Source: Owenia fusiformis
Lineage: Eukaryota
Direction of reading: 5' to 3'
DNA length: 63,945 nucleotides
NCBI GenBank assembly: GCA_903813345.2
Contig: CAIIXF020000001.1
Location: forward strand, 32,612,056-32,676,000
In this document: positions 62,902 through 63,945 of the stretch, in pieces
Numbering within the stretch: position 1 is the stretch's first letter
How the letters are laid out: each line of letters begins with the position of its first letter
Notes under the pieces: model-generated
Told to the model about the DNA's origin: nothing
The model's input: only the letters and a program-made list of their open reading frames with translations
Database searches by the model: none
Translations under genes and position numbers: made by a program

Positions 62902-63945
62902 CATAGTACTGAACACAATAAAGTGCAGGCCGGGTTGCATTTTAAATGGATAATTGAGAATAATTACAATTACGCCCCGTAGCCTACATTAAAGGCGTAA
63001 TATGATATCAATTTGAAATTAAAAAACAGTATAATGCCTCCAATTAGTTTAATTTTCTGAGGATACAATGGGGAAATGAAGTTAATTTCGTCAAAGCTTG
63101 ATTGAACTATATCAGAAATCCCGAAACTTGATTACATTTGCTTTCAAAATGTTTGCTCTTTCCAAATATCATGGACGTTGATTGCAATTATGTTCGATGA
63201 AATATCAAACTGCTATCAAATGCAGGCTTATTATGGGTTAAAAGTTTGCAATGCCATGCAAGTTTCTTTGATTCCCATGATACTCCAAGATGACACTACA
63301 TAGGTATAACCTATAATAATCATTACTCAAAGTACTATTAATCTGCCTGTGTGAACGTCGAACACCGACCGCCAAACATCGATCGTTCACAAAAAAAGTT
63401 GGAGACAAAATGTGTCTACTTGTGGTGGGGTGACATAGAAATAAGACCCCCCCCCCTCCCAAACAGTTCCTAGATTATTAAGGTTTAATATACTTCAAGG
63501 TTCTTGCATTTGTTTATAATGAGGATAAAACCCTCGTTCCCTTATTGAAGTTTCACGAGATCATGAAGCCTGAATAGTTGATTTCACTTTGTCAAAAGTC
63601 ACGGATGATTGCTGTTGGATAGGAATGAAATAAATAAGAAAAAACTAGCCTATTGAATGTCTGTGCGAATGGTATCAAACAATTTCGATTTCTCAAAAGT
63701 TGCTTTTCCTCTCACTTCCTTTAATCTATAATCACATATTAATATTGGATCAATACAGACTCGATTTCCTCTGCCCGACAATACCATTGCAGTGTACATG
63801 TAATGACGGGAAACGGTCGCTGGAATAAGCAATCAGACGTCTCAATTTGTTGAACGTTTGATTTTGTTGAATGTTACTAGAAAACAAGGCGTAATTCTGA
63901 TTTTGATATTGTTGCAATGCACATAATGATAAAGCATAGTTCAGC

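Overview
AT-rich eukaryotic DNA, probably from a marine invertebrate (inferred from the TE repertoire and GT-AG introns). I can support no host protein-coding gene; the window is almost entirely transposon-derived. Two elements look young. The first is a Mag-like Ty3/Gypsy LTR retrotransposon (6352-11291, minus strand) with LTRs identical by eye, a 5-bp TSD and one pol frameshift. The second is a full-length two-ORF RTE-X-like LINE (35941-42663) nested in a 5'-truncated Tx1/L1-type LINE, which itself sits in a 69-bp tandem repeat. The ~1-2, 12-21, 32 and 59-64 kb regions hold many MITEs and foldback elements with readable TIRs and TSDs. The 21-53 kb region is a mosaic of short decayed coding fragments from many TE families: a RAG1/Transib/Chapaev-related DDE transposase, Kolobok-like, Harbinger, Crypton, Ngaro/DIRS tyrosine recombinase, IS3EU-like, RecQ-helicase, SWIM-finger and P2X7-ballast-like pieces. 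Almost all lie on the + strand and several abut directly, which suggests a uni-strand piRNA-cluster-like locus. All family assignments come from manual motif recognition, not database searches.
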